Below are positions 40,130-53,704 of a DNA stretch of 64,000 nucleotides, piece after piece; position 1 is the first letter of the stretch; the number at the start of each line of letters is the position of its first letter. Position numbers and translations under genes: made by a program. Location: positions 5,146,001-5,210,000 of the forward strand of contig CM114271.1 of the NCBI GenBank assembly GCA_050084515.1. The letters are read 5' to 3'. The notes beneath the pieces were generated by a model. That model saw only the letters and a program-made list of their open reading frames with translations. It was not told the origin of the DNA and searched no databases. Source of the stretch: Blasia pusilla. Lineage: Eukaryota.

Positions 40130-43100
40130 CTTTCAATGTCGCGTTCAGATCATAGGTAGGATCGATTTGAAACCCCCAGAGTTAGACGCACGACTGACAA
40201 ACTGAAACAACCGAAATCACGTTTCTCCCCACAGTACGAAGAAGAAGATGCTCTTCAGACGATGGCAGGCCAAAGGGATTGATGCTCTCGATAGTGAACC
40301 GTACTACGCTCCGATTGCACTATCGCCGCGAGTAGCTCAGTGAGAAAGAAACTTCTTGAGTACGATCCTTCGATGCACACCGCCGCCTTCCGCTCTCCGG
40401 TACTGACGAATCCTGTTCGAGATGGAGAACCCCAACCATGCGAACCGGCGATCAATGAAATGAACGCGATGAAACTCTGAAGACCTTTTCCTGTGTGTCA
40501 AGTCACCAACTTACAGACAGGCGGTTCAGCTTACAGGCAAATCTCTTCTTCTCTCCATACTTTCGCTGACACCTCTCGCTCTATCTCTTCCGACTCCTCT
40601 CTTCTCTTGAATCTCCTCGCTCCCATCTTCACCTTTTGTAGATTTCGTTCCTGCCTCCCCCCGCACTCGCACTTTCACCCCGTCCCCCAAAGTTTTCCTG
40701 CGCGGTGTGCCACGCCACTGCCACCCTTGCCGCTTACTGGTACTCGGTGGACTCACATTGTCCCCGCCGGGAGAGAATAGTAAGTCCTACGGTTCTCGCG
40801 ACTGGTCCCGGCAGGTCATCTTCCAAGAGAAGGACAATTCCTAGCCGTCGATTCGTAGAAATCTTACGAAAACCGTCGATTCCGTGAAATTTTTGAGCGA
40901 CCGGCATTATTTTGGCGCTCCCCATTCCCGTGACACCCAACAGTGAAGGGTAGGTAGTTTTCCCTCCCCTTCCTCCGATAGGGTGATAACTTTTAACCCG
41001 TGCTCGTATTGGAGGCAGGAGTGTCTTCTGAGGGATTCTGGGTACCTTTTGAACTTTTGTTCTCGGCCAATCAGCGCGCTGCGAAGGCCGGGCGAGAATG
41101 TTAGGTGTTAGGCTATTGCACCCAGTGAGAACCGAGAGGAATAAATAGGACCTTTTGGATCTTCCTCAGATATTTCGTTCCAAGGGCCCGGTGACTCCGG
41201 TCGTGCGATCCTCCTCATCGACTGCAGACGCCGTAAAGGCTAGTCCACTCCACTCACAATGCGCCCATGAGTCCCATCCCATCGAGCGAGTGACCAGTCA
41301 AAGGGCGCCGCTACGTGGCATCGTGGGTACCGGACCTACGGATAAGGCCCTACTTACCGTCGGATGAGATCGGATCGGGGAACCATTCGGGCCCTGTGGA
41401 TAGATGCTCTTTCAAATAAAGAACTTTCGACGTCCAGCCACCCCCCGCTTGCTCTACTAGCGAGCGAATATGTCCTAGTGGAGGGACTTCGGACGGTTGA
41501 GATTTGACCACTCAGATGATATGCACGTCGCCGATGCATGCCACCGTTCACATTCTTAAAGGCGTCTGCTGTTTCTAAACGAGTCCTTCAGGGACAGTCG
41601 TGGTTTACTCGGTAGGCTACTGGACCATTACTGCGTAGAGCTCCACGACTCTACGGCGTAGGGTTAGGGTTAGCATTTTTTCTATCTTTTAATGGGCATC
41701 ATTTGGCACCTTTGAGGGTTGGGTTGCAAATGAGCACCCCCTTTACATGTGGGCATCCTATTACCATTTATATTATTATTATGCAAGGTGTTTCTTGGAC
41801 CTTTCCCCAACATACACTTTGCATGTTAACACCTGTCCGCTAGGGTGGTTTCCTATTGCGACACGTGTTTCATCTTATTAACTAGTCACATCTAACTAAT
41901 TTAAAACAAACCTGTAGAGTTCTTCATTAACCCGTGAGACTAAGGGCATTTCCACCCATAAGCTCCTAAGCAGTATATTTAATGTTTCATAAGAAAGGGA
42001 GATATTCCCATGGGTAGTCTACCCATGTAGACTACCCATGGGAACAATGAAGTTTTGTGAGAGAGACTTGTATCATCCCCAATAAAGGTAGTCAATTAAC
42101 ATTGTTTAGTCAATATATTAAAGGATCTAATGTAGGCATTTAAGCTACCAAGATGCAACTACCCATAAGTTTCCCATAATGGTAAGTGGGCATCTCACGA
42201 AGGTCCTATCCAAGTGAAAATTTCTATGCCCTAAATAAGAGATTGGTGGATCTAAAAATTTTCATAAGTATATTTGTATGTTTTTTTTTTCTATTCTGAT
42301 ATTTGTGCCACTCAAATCTTTGGCCAAAATTAGATACTTTCACCCAGATACCGAAATCATGACACCCCCTATTATTCGTGTCATATGTGCCAGGGATGAT
42401 TCATTCTAGCCTTTTAGGTCTCCCAAGAACAAGACGCAATCCATAACCCGCTTTTGTGTGGAGGGTTGGAGATGCTGTAACTCAAGTTTTAACTAGTTGA
42501 GTTTATCCTAGGGAGGGGGAGGGATTTTGAGTGTTGTATATATATATATATAAACTAGAGATATCAAGGTTACAAGGAAACGGACATGCCCAACGGATCC
42601 CCCCCCCACCCCCACCCCCACCCCGCCCGCCCGCCTGCCCGTCGAGCCCGTAATGTATACTCGGGCTGGTTGAATCCGCACCCATTTTTTAGCCCCTATA
42701 AAGCCACGCGCCTCGCGGAAACCTTGCAGGGCGGGCTGGGTCTGAGCACGTGGGCCTTAGACTGCCATGCGGACCCTATGCGTGCTCACCCGCAAGCCCT
42801 ACGCAAGCCTAAGCCCGACCAATGGAGGCGAGCCCGCCTTGCACACTTGTCGCGCAAAGTCCTCATGCGGGCTAAAAAATGGGTACAAGCTTGGCCAGCC
42901 TGGGTCTATATTGGTGGCTTGACGTGCTTTGGGGCGAGCTTGAGTGCGGACCACAGGTACCCAGCCTCCTACAGACATGTCCGTGTGCAACCTTTATGTA
43001 TATAATTTGTATTTTCACTCGTGTTTTCTTCTCTTAATAAAGATTGAATTAAAAAAGTTATGTGAAACCTTAAATATAAAATTTTAGAAATATACATCAT

Positions 43101-43890
43101 TAGGAAAAAAATGCTTTAATAAATCCAATATAAGGATAGGTTTAATTACTTATCTAATGAAATTACTTGTAATGATTGATTATCAATAAGCCATATAAAT
43201 TGAATCATTTATTGTGAATAACTAAGATTATCCACTCTCCATGGACGAGGCATATGATTCGATTTGATGACTAACATATGCATCGGAGATGGCAAGACCC
43301 AACATGATTTCATGACATCTAGAGAGATTATGACTAAGTCATATAAACCTGTTTTCATATCATTATATTGTGTGGAATGATAATTAAGATTCATAATGAT
43401 CAATTATGGATCTAAACTACTTTTGCAAGTCTATGCAATGTAAGTTTAGGAAACTTGGGAATTGAGCATATGATAAAGAAAAGGAAATAAAACTCATGCA
43501 ATTCGAAGACATGCATCCAAGAGGACTACACATTCAAATAGATGCAAAATATGGCATACAAAACATATTTAAAATTTGAAATGGTGAAATAATATAGAAA
43601 TTTATTGCGAACCCTTTTAATTTCTAAATTAAAAAATGCGTAATAAATTCCAAGCTTATTTTCTTATAGATTTAATTAATAACCTTCAATTTGAAAGATA
43701 TACTAAAAGCTTCCCATAATATTGTCACTTATGCATACTTGAAAGGTGGTATTAACTTATAAATCCTTGAATCTAATCTAAATATCTAATCATGTCAACC
43801 ATAGCCCCTTAATATCCTCGTGGAAAAAAAGGATTTAATCAAAAAAGGTGAAATATTATATCTTCCATAGAAAGAGAGAAAAAGTGTGTT

Positions 43891-45497
43891 TGTCGTGCGC
43901 ATACACATCGGTGGTCACATCTACACACCACATAACACCGATCTTCCCAACACATTGGTCGATCCACTCATAAATGAAATACACTCACGCATATACATCA
44001 AAATCAGAGTAAAACTGACTCACTCGGCCTAAAACTCCACTGCTAAATTTTCATCGGCATATCGAGTCATATCCACCCTCTTCCATGAATCTTGACACTA
44101 GCATCATATGTTGCGACCCTCATAACCAAACAAACACCGAAAAAACGCCGAGCGGAACATCATAACTTTAGCATGCTCACGCTAGGATGGTTGTGCTTTG
44201 GAGAGGTCTCTTGGAAAAGTCCAAGAAAAAAAATACGGAATAGAGTTTGTGTGTTTCATGCTTTTATGGTCTTGACCATGAAATCTGGACCAAACGTGAA
44301 CCAAGACCTGAGATGAGTTGAGTCTAGGAAGGTTGGTTGCAAAAGAGATAAGAACCAGATTTGGAACGCGACTAGCGTTTGGGGATTTTGATTGTGTTTT
44401 GGACCATAACGTTTAGTCTCGAGATGCATTTGGGACAAGTAAGGTGGTGTTGGAAATCTTATGCAAAGAAAATCACAATACACAAAGATCTTAGAAAACG
44501 CTCAAGCATAGGCTGAGATCTTTTCTGAAAATAACTGCAAGTGGAGTTTGGTTGAGGGCCAAAATGAGGGGCCGACTGTCTCTTGCCAAAGTTAGGGAGA
44601 GGGTGGTGATCCCCATAATTACTAGTAACAGAGAGTGTCTCCAAGGATTCTTGGAACCCAAACCCAACTTTGGGCGCCAAATGGCGGTTCAAGGGCACAA
44701 GATGGAAGGGGAGTTTGGCATTAGGACTCGGAACACAAACGTGATCCAAGGGAGTGGATCTCAAAAGCCACACTTGGATTCCATCCCGCGACTCATTTTT
44801 GTGAGATTTGGTTAGGGACTCATTGGAAGTCCATTGGACAATTATGATTGCTAGGTATGCAAACGCCGTTTGAGGTTCTTGAACTGACCAGAAAGTGTGT
44901 TTCAAGTCTTGAGAGACTTGCTTGTAGTATAAACCAAAAAACTAGGGAGGTTGAGCTTGATGAGAGGTCGAGTCGGGAACTCAAAAAGTAAGAACATTGA
45001 TTGACCCAGACTCGACTAATGTGAGTGCGTGTTTCTGTGCAGATCAGCATTGAGAATGTGTCCTACTTAACGCACACTTTCGCAACACTAAAGATTTACA
45101 CTCAAGGTGAGTAGGCGCACAACATCCTAGTTCCTACATACACAAGCAAGAGAGGTGTTCCTAAGGCCCAACGTGAGAAGGATGGCTTGTGAAATCCATC
45201 TCTCCCTCTCTTATAGCCTTTGGAAGATCCTTTTGGCTCTTCTCCTAAAAATAGCCATCCCAACAATAGCTTGTGTGCTTAGGTTATGGGGTGACTGTTG
45301 ACTTGATCAACATGTCACTTGATTGACTGAGACCAAAATAGGGAAATCGTCAGAGACGATGTTCCCGATGCGATGGGTCTGTTGCCAACCCTATCCAACA
45401 TCTCAAGACGAAGTTACACGTACAACTGGTCATCCCGTTGATCCTCTATGTCGTCAACGTGGTAGAACTCTACCTATCGGCTAACTAAGATGTGACA
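43891..45497 (-). mobile_element. Solo A+B terminal repeat of a subfamily related to the MTase-Gypsy, with a nested family E solo LTR
   Basis: Minus strand starts TGTCACATCTT and ends CGATGTGTATGCGCACGACA (same 20 nt as the B end); TGTT duplicated at 43887-43890 and 45498-45501. The interior is diverged. Confidence 0.65.
44109..45124 (+). mobile_element. Solo LTR of family E
   Basis: Diverged reverse-complement match to 14979-15996; TG...CA ends; imperfect TSD TCATA/TCCTA. Confidence 0.82.
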
Positions 45498-47719
45498 TGT
45501 TTGACATCCTACACAATCACCAACATAATTGATATTTGTAGAGTTCTAACCAACACGATGAAAAAACCAAGCTAGATCTACTAATAGAAGGTAAGTGTTA
45601 GCAAATGATCTATGATGAAACAATTTTTTTTAGTTTAGACCTCTCCCCATCAAAATGAATGGACTCTAAAAAATTGATATGCTTAACCAATCTATAATCA
45701 CAACTTCTAGATTGGTTAAGCATATCAATTGTTTATCTAGATTTTCATTTATCATACCAGCCATCCCCAACCACAAAATTCAATTCCATTCAAAGAAACA
45801 TGCAAGGTGATCATTTCCAATAATCCTTGAGTTTTTTCAGTTGATTCAAGCAATGGAAATTAAGTACATGTGCATATCTACCAACATCATAACACATCTT
45901 GGCAAGATCCCTAAATTCTTCTTTCTGAACAATATCTAGCTTGAGGCTTTCCACTAGGAGCATATTTTTCCTTGGCTCTTAGATAGTTAAACATCACTTA
46001 AACTTCAAAGTGTTGGTCCTCCACAAGTGGTACTCCTATTACTTAAGAAAAGTTGTGGACGATTATTATGTGTGACTATTCCATGAAAAAAAAACCTACC
46101 TTAGTTTTTAAATGTCTTCAAGATCAAAATTTATCTTGTCCAAAAATTTATTTCCATTTAGATCATTCCTAGAATACAATCTAAAAGAATTCAACCTCAA
46201 CTTACTTTCCTCAACTTTTACTTAAGCACTAGTTGTATGGAAGAATGCCTCAAAATTTGCTATTCGTGCTAGAAACATCTACAAAGCTATTGTGATGGAT
46301 GACTATCTCACCTCCCCATACGCATCTTGGAGCTCTAGACCTATATTTTGTGTCTTATGATGAGCATATGTCTTGACTCCCCATTTGGCCTCTTATGGTT
46401 GTCTTGAAACCCTTCATGTTTTGTGGTGACTCGCCCATCTTGACTACTCACGTGTTCCTTGCTTCTCGCCCTTGACTATAGGCTTGGCCCTAAGGTCTAA
46501 AACCTTGTTTGCCTTGGCTTTGTCCCCTCAAGTGGCTACGCCCCTTTCTCACCTAAGGCTAGTCACAAGACATATGCGCATCTCACCCAACGTTAGTGTC
46601 GTGGCCAGTTCCACCACCCTTCCCAATCTTGCAAGTAGCTAGTCTAAGTTTGAACTTTTGCGGATCACACTCATCATGACTCGATACTTGGATTCCCGCT
46701 AGCATAGGCGTCATAGACTTAGCTATTCACAATGACTATTAATAGGGCAAGTAACAAAAGCTATGTAACTATAAAAAGAACTTCAATGTAACTATAAAAA
46801 GAATGTCCACAATAACCTTGCAACCACAAAACTAAAACTTTTACTTCATGCCCTAGTGCATCGTGTCAAAAAGAGGAGTGTTTGCAAATGAATATCCCCC
46901 ATAATAGTATATATTAACTATTAGAAATTTTAGCCCAACAAAAAACAAATACTTCATAAAATATGGCAGAAAAACCGTCCCATATTAAGATTGCAATTAC
47001 TTAGAAGAAACAAATGGAGGAGAACAATCCTTTATAGCCCTTATGATTCCAAGCTTATTGAAATGGATAACTCTCCCCACCCGTAACAAAGACCTGGGCT
47101 TTGCCAACCTGCATCCAGTCTAGCGCCTTGTCGCCCGTTCTTGTCCCCCATTCTATATCATGCATCAAGCCCGTGCGCGGCCCGCATAATAGGTCTACGC
47201 AGGGCGAGCTTACCATGGGCTAGGGGGGCTCTTCACGGGCCACTCATGGGCTTGATACAAGCCTAGCGAGGGCCTCTTCCATAGTGAATAATTCCTTTAC
47301 AAGGGTATCAAGGTAAAGATCTTGATGGCGAACCATCTTCAACCTTGCAATAAGGATAATGTATGCAATATCTATGAGTGTGTTATTTGGTTAGCTACTT
47401 ATCCAAATTTATCACATCTTCATGTTTTAACATCTCATGCTAAAAAATAAAAAGAACACAAATACTGTACTTTGAATTATTAACCCCAAAATCAAAAACC
47501 CCTCTTCATAGCAAGCCAAGGTGGAATGTCATAGTTTACCAATATAATTCACCACATCAAACATTATTGTCGTATAAGGATGTCGAGAGATACGGAAATC
47601 AATGACAAGACCCAATAGCATGTTACAAGGCTCATCCTACCAAGATGCGGGTATGTGCAATGAGGTTGAAGTTCCTACCACCAATTAGGTGCATGATACC
47701 ATCCATGGACTGATGTCAT

Positions 47720-48229
47720 TGTCACGTCTTTTAGGATAAATTGGTGAGATCTAGTAGAGCGCCTTTGTGAGTAGTGGAGGACACACCCAATAGGTTGAGG
47801 ATGACCTATTGAGGCCCCGAAAAACCTGAGAGAGCATGTTTCCCCTTCGTTTCGTCTCATTTGGAGCCATATTGAGGAACTTACTATTTTAGGTATGTAC
47901 CATTTGAGTATATGACTGACTTTCTATTTTTGGTATGACCCTTGACCTCCTACATAAGGTCAAGAGCCAAGGAGGTGACTTGGGAGAATAGGTTACCATG
48001 GAGAGAGCTTGGGAGAGGGGAGGGTATACCTCAAGGAGAGAGAGCTTGAGAGCTCATTCTCTCTTTGTTGAACCTCTTGGCATGAGGCGGCGGAGCTATG
48101 GTCCCTTGCCTTGTGAGTGTAACCCGAGCCTCTCATTAGGACAGTGGGTTTGGTTTGACATGAGAGAGAGTGCACACCTTTGAGAGCTATGGTATGAGAT
48201 GGTGTAGAGAGAGATTGGATCTTACTTTA
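47720..48229 (+). repeat. Complete 5' repeat A1 of copy 2, with no adjacent B segment
   Basis: Matches 9447-9957; preceded by unrelated DNA and followed directly by internal sequence. Confidence 0.9.
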
Positions 48230-51200
48230 CAAAGAGAGAATGAGAGAGTGAGAGAGCTTCATGGGGGAGCTCGCTGGTCACTTGTTGTTTTTTCAGGTTG
48301 GGGACTGTGTTCCCCATTCAGCGGTTCATGGGAGTGCTCACCGGAGCAAGGGCTACTTTGATTGTTCTTTGCATTTGCCGATTTTTCGTGTGGAAGAGTG
48401 GCGCGCGGAAGCGCTGCCCAATTTTTGAAAGGGATTGAGTATGGGGGCGGGTTGCCCCATGCCAGTGGTCTCGAGAGCACCATGTAGCTTGCTGATTTGT
48501 ATTTTTACAGGTTTTACATTTTCGTTGGGAGAAATCAGCGCGGAAGGGCTGCCAAATTTTGTGTAGGATAAAGAGACATTGGGCTTTACAAAAGTCCCTG
48601 TCAAATTTTACTGGAATTTTCGATTCTAAATTTTTTTCAATGTTGTTGTAGAACGTGAAGCTATGCCCGTTGTGCAACAAACAGTGCGCAATTTGGAGTT
48701 GCGAGCAAAAATTCATGCTCAATCTTGCAAAATTGCAATTGCTAGGCGATTTTTAGGGTTAAATTGTTCAAACCCTAAACCAGCCGCCACGCCGGTGGCG
48801 GCCGTCGCCGTCATAGTCATCGTCACCGGTCCGCCGTCAATGGTCAACCGTCACCATCAACGGTCAACCATCACCGTCAATGGTCAACCGTCCGTTGTCC
48901 ACCCTTTGGTTGCCATTGCCGCCATTACGGAGTGGAGGGTCTTCCACGACGTTCCTTGATTCTCTGACTTGCGTCGCCATCACGTACTGTGTTTTGGCCG
49001 CCACCGTCATCGCAGTTTCGTCATCAACGAGTGATGGCAGATGACCTCCGGTTATGGTGTTTGAGTTTTGATTTCAAGCTGCTATGTTGTGATTGGTAAC
49101 CGCTTGACGACGATAGAGTATCGTGCCGTGACGCTTGTAGCCGCACCGCGCTACTGATTGCCACGACGTGCCGCTCATGGCCACACCGCACTGTCTCGAT
49201 CACGGAGCCGCATCGTCATTGTGGAACAGAGTGTGGGTTTATTGTTGATTGAGGAGGGTATGCCGCCGAGTGCCGCATCCCACCATTCAAGGTCGTGCCG
49301 TTCGTAGCCGTTCCGTGCCGCCTGCAACGCTGCACCGTTCCGCTGGAACCGCACTGTCTATCGAGGAGTTTTGAGCAGCGTCAGTACGGGAGGAGTATGA
49401 CTTGCTGATTGGAGGAGTTATCTCTACGACCGAGTTGGGATCGAGATTTGTAGTTGTTGAGGAGCGACATCGACATGTGTTCAGGTTACCCATTCTGGTC
49501 CTTTACCCTGCACGTGTGAGGGATTCTGGGATTTTGGTAGTTTATTTGGGGATATTGGGTTTGTGGATGCTGAGAGCATCATTTATGTATGTGGTTTAGG
49601 GGACATTGACCTGTGTGGGATGTCCGGAGTGGAGGGTAGGTTTTTGATGAGATGATAACCTGGTCGATTTTCCTCACCACGCTGCGTGTTGCCGCACGTT
49701 ACACGTCTCGGGGAGGGAGAGTGCAGATCGAGTGCCACATGTTTGGGATGAGTGATTGAGGGATTACTCACAAGGTTCAGAGTGATTGGGTGAGAGGGGC
49801 ACGAGGGTCATCACGGAGTCCGTTCGGGACTTTGAGAGGCTAGGTGGTGAACCCGAGAGTAGCTCTAGAGGTTTTGCGTGGAGTGGCGTGAGGTTCCGAG
49901 GATCTCCACGTGAGGGACCACCTCGACCTCCTTGTGTGTCATTGTCAGACAAGGGGGAGGGTGTAGAGGAGTTTGTGAGCACATCGCCACACATTGTGAG
50001 TGGTCCTACGAGTTGGGCGTACAAGATGGACGACCGGGGTAGATGACCGCGTAGGTTTTTAGGTGCAGTAGGCACGATTTCATAGCAGAGTTAAGGAGTT
50101 GGTGCGACTCTCAGCAGGCCAGGAACTCTAGAGAGTTCAACCCGCTTACAGCATGGAATGGTATGTTCCAGCATTTAGAGGGGGCGCCCATGGATGATTA
50201 CCATGAGTTCTCTGAGAGATATGCACGTGAGATCGAGGCGTGGATGCTCTACTTTGACCCACATTATGTGTCATGGACGGAGCCGTTCCCAGATGAGGAG
50301 GAGGAGTCAGGAGAGGCTACTTCCTCTTCCACTAGTGACATTTTAGGAGGGGTCACTCGCACAGGAGCAGTTGCACCGTCTAGTCAGTTCGTCCCATGTT
50401 CAACCATGTGGTTGAGTTCTTTGCTGAGTTGAGGGCGAGGTACCAAGGGGTACGGACGGAGAAGTTGCGGAGCATCCATGACTTCCATAGGTGCCCAGGT
50501 GAGAGTTTGCGTGAGGCTTACACTCGCTTGCGCCGGTTGATCAACGTCACTCAGGGGATAATAGAGGCTCAGGCTATCCAGTCATGGTATGCGATGCTTG
50601 AACGGACCCTGCGGACACGGGTGCGGGAGGGGGTGCTTCTTATGAACACCTTCCCTATATTGAGAGATGTTTTTAGGACCGCCGTGAACATTGAGCGCAA
50701 CGTGGCGGAGGAGAGCGTAGCCACCATGGGTTCTGGATGAGATCAGTCACGATTGTCTGCACCACCTGTGTAGCAACATGGACTCCGAGATAGGTCGACT
50801 GTGGCACCACCAGCTCAGGGAGGATACCGGGAGGCCGTGCCATAGAGACCTACGCCTTCATATGTGGCTCAGCAGCAGCCGCCTACTATTACTTGTTGGT
50901 CATGTGGTGGAGCCCATCATCAGCGCGATTGCACTCGTCAGGGTCATGGACGTGTGCCTCAACATGGAAGAGGAGATGGTACTGCACCAGGAGGTTATCA
51001 GTGTGACTATTGTGAGAGGTATGGTCATACACGCGCCAGGTGTTTTAGTTTACATCCTGAGTTACGTCCGGACCGAGGGCCAGAGAGGGCATCAGAGTGA
51101 GTAGCCAGTCCGGGTGGGTCTAGAGATCGTGCACCACGTGGTCCCGTTGGGGACGAAGAGTTGGAGTTTCCCGATAGGGTGGTGGAGCTGCCTGTGGAGG

Positions 51201-52709
51201 AGGAAGAGTACCACCACCTAGATGCGCCAAGGGAGACGCTGGACGTGAGGCTTGGATGGTTGCTCAGATACAACAGCTACAGGAGCAGATTGCCGCCAGA
51301 TCCGTGGCATCAACATCGTATGGAGCAGCCAGAGATCTTGATGATCCTGGTTGGATGTGCAGGGTTGCCCAGATGGAGGCCGCCGCAGTTCTAGCGCGTG
51401 GAGCAGCCGTAGAGTTGGATCCACAGCGAGGGGAAGCCAGAAAACAAATTAGGCTTCCTCAATCTTTCACGTTGTCTGAAGTGATGACGACCCCATCGAT
51501 GGGTCCTCATCAAAGTTCCTAGAGAGTTGGTGATGTTGTTGGTGTGCAGGCACGGAGGGCGATGGGAGAAACGAGTGTGATGACTCCTATTGTTGATGCT
51601 CAGGAGGGGCATGTGTCGAGCATGTTGTTGGGGGCGGCCACCATTGTGTACCCCACTCCTTTATTTTATGCTTCCAATGTTATGACGTTGGGGGGTACGC
51701 CCGCCAAGGCTTTTCACTTGGCCGCTTCACTATGTGAGTGCGGAGTTGGAGTTCCTACATCACGTTCAAAGGTGATTGCAGAGGAGGTGATGGACCTGCC
51801 CTTGGAGCGGATGCTAAGGCCCTCCACGTCAGATTCATGGCAGGCTGCGGCTGCTAGGATGGCGCAGATACCCGCTAGACCCGCGATAGAGCGTGCCATG
51901 GCTTCTCCTAGTGTTGTGTTGCTGGATAACCAAGAAGAGGTCTTCCAGTTGGTGAGTCCTAGAGGTAGAGCTTTTAGTCTGCAGCTCGTCTTGTTGGATT
52001 TAGGAGCGCAACCCTTGATGTTGGGGAAAGGGTCATTCAGAGTATTGGGCTTGACGAGAGCCGATGTGGAGCGTTGTCCATTCCCGGTACAAACATCGTT
52101 GGGTGGAGCAAGTTACACACAGTATATCACCCGACAAGAGGTCGTGGTGAGGATTCGCCCGGGATATCCTACAGATAAGTCAGTGGTGCGCGCCAAGGCG
52201 ATAGTGACTGATGTAGAGTCCTAGGACGTCTTGGTTGGTGGAGCAATGTTATACCCGATGGGGTTTTCCTTGGATTACTGGGAGGAGTCGGCGTCCTACA
52301 GACCAGGATGGCAGGCAGATGATGGGCGCCTTAGCTCATTACCCCTTTGATTCACAGGTGTAGTAATCGAGCAACGGCCAGGAGAGATGGCGACCTTAGC
52401 AGCATTTAGCAGTGTCATCACTTGGCCTAGTGATTTGATTGAGGGACATGTCCATGCAGAGGATACTCCCGTTCCTGATATTTCTATGGAGAGGAGTGTT
52501 ATGGTAGCTGCATCATTCCGTGGAGGAGAGGTGCTGCTCTGGGGCTCGACTCAGGAGCTTCGACGATTGGCAGATGAGCATTTGCAGACCGCGTGGAGCG
52601 AGGCGTTTGCACTGGAGCGTGACGGGTCTAAGGAACCCGAGGTAGTAGGGAGTGCTACGATGACACCCTTGGATACCACACCCATTGTGTGGTGTACCTC
52701 GGAGGAGGG

Positions 52710-53375
52710 TATTCAAGTGTTAGATCTCTTTGGAGGGATTAGCACCGGGTTAGATGTTCTTTTGCACGCACGAGTGTGAGTACAGCAATACCTACATGTG
52801 GAGAGTGATGATGTTGCGAGGGGTAACTACGACATGTGGCGCAGTTACGCCTATGTTTTCTTGACTTATTGTCTGCATCCGCAATACAAGGATACCAGAG
52901 TTTCCTACCGAGGGATATTTCATTGTTGGGGGCGCAGGACTTAGAGCGGGTAGGGACCATTGATTTGGTCATTGCAGGTTGGCCATGTCAGGGCCAATTG
53001 AGTGCTGGACGAGGCAGCGGGTTGGCTGACACTCGGTCGAGGTTGTTTTGGGAGATTTTGAGGGTCTTACGGCAGTTGCAGGAGCACCAATCTTGTTCTC
53101 CAGCCTACATTCTTGAGAATGTGCCGATCTTAGGAGACTCCTGGTCACGGGTGGTGACGAGTGCTCATCAGGTGCGCGCCTCGATCGGCCAAGCAATGTT
53201 CTTGGATGCGGCGAGTGTAGGTTCTAGAGCCCATCTCCCGCGTCTATGGTGGACCAACTTGGTGCCCCATGCAGTGTTATGGAGGGCGTATGCGAGAGCG
53301 AAGCGTCCCTCCCATTTGTTAGTGGATTCCATTCTGGATCCGAGTCGTCGATCATAGGCAGTGAGGCACGATGAT
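52710..53375 (+). pseudogene. C5 DNA methyltransferase domain (motifs I-VIII) of copy 2
   Basis: VLDLFGGISTG, DLVIAGWPCQGQ, YILENV, AHLPRLWW. Confidence 0.88.
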
Positions 53376-53482
53376 TGTCGTGCGAATCCACATCGTCATA
53401 CAACATACATCGCTGATATACCATACTCACATACATACATAACATAGACGAGAGCATCCACAAACACAAGTATACCACAACT
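53376..53482 (-). repeat. Terminal repeat B2 of copy 3 (107 bp)
   Basis: Near-identical to 56507-56613; ends CACGACA on the minus strand. Confidence 0.9.
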
Positions 53483-53704
53483 GAAATCCGTGAAAGATCT
53501 ACTATCATAAAACACGTATAGAATCACATACAATCGAGCCAAACCCACTCCACGATGGGAGAATCTAGGTCAAAGCTTGCGGGAAACACCATAGCCAAGA
53601 GCTTTACTCACTACCAAGGCTAATTCCCAACGCAACAGGCTCAACTCAAAGAACTAACAGCTCTTCGAGTGCACTCCACCTTATATCCTCTAACCTAAGA
53701 GCGG

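Larger units (their letters stand above)
47720..53375 (+). mobile_element. MTase-Gypsy copy 2 (5' half), interrupted in the methyltransferase by copy 3
   Basis: Starts TGTCACG; A1 47720-48229, self-complementary PBS 48229-48244, gag 50163-51100, protease ~51960-52300, MTase from ~52710; collinear with 1-5483. Confidence 0.92.

Noticed and set aside
41659-41673. TAGGGTTAGGGTTAG telomere-like stretch
   Set aside because: Only ~2.5 units, too short to call an interstitial telomere.
42500-43010. GC-rich island, with a similar-looking patch at ~47090-47280, as a MITE or DNA transposon end
   Set aside because: I could not define terminal inverted repeats or a TSD by eye.
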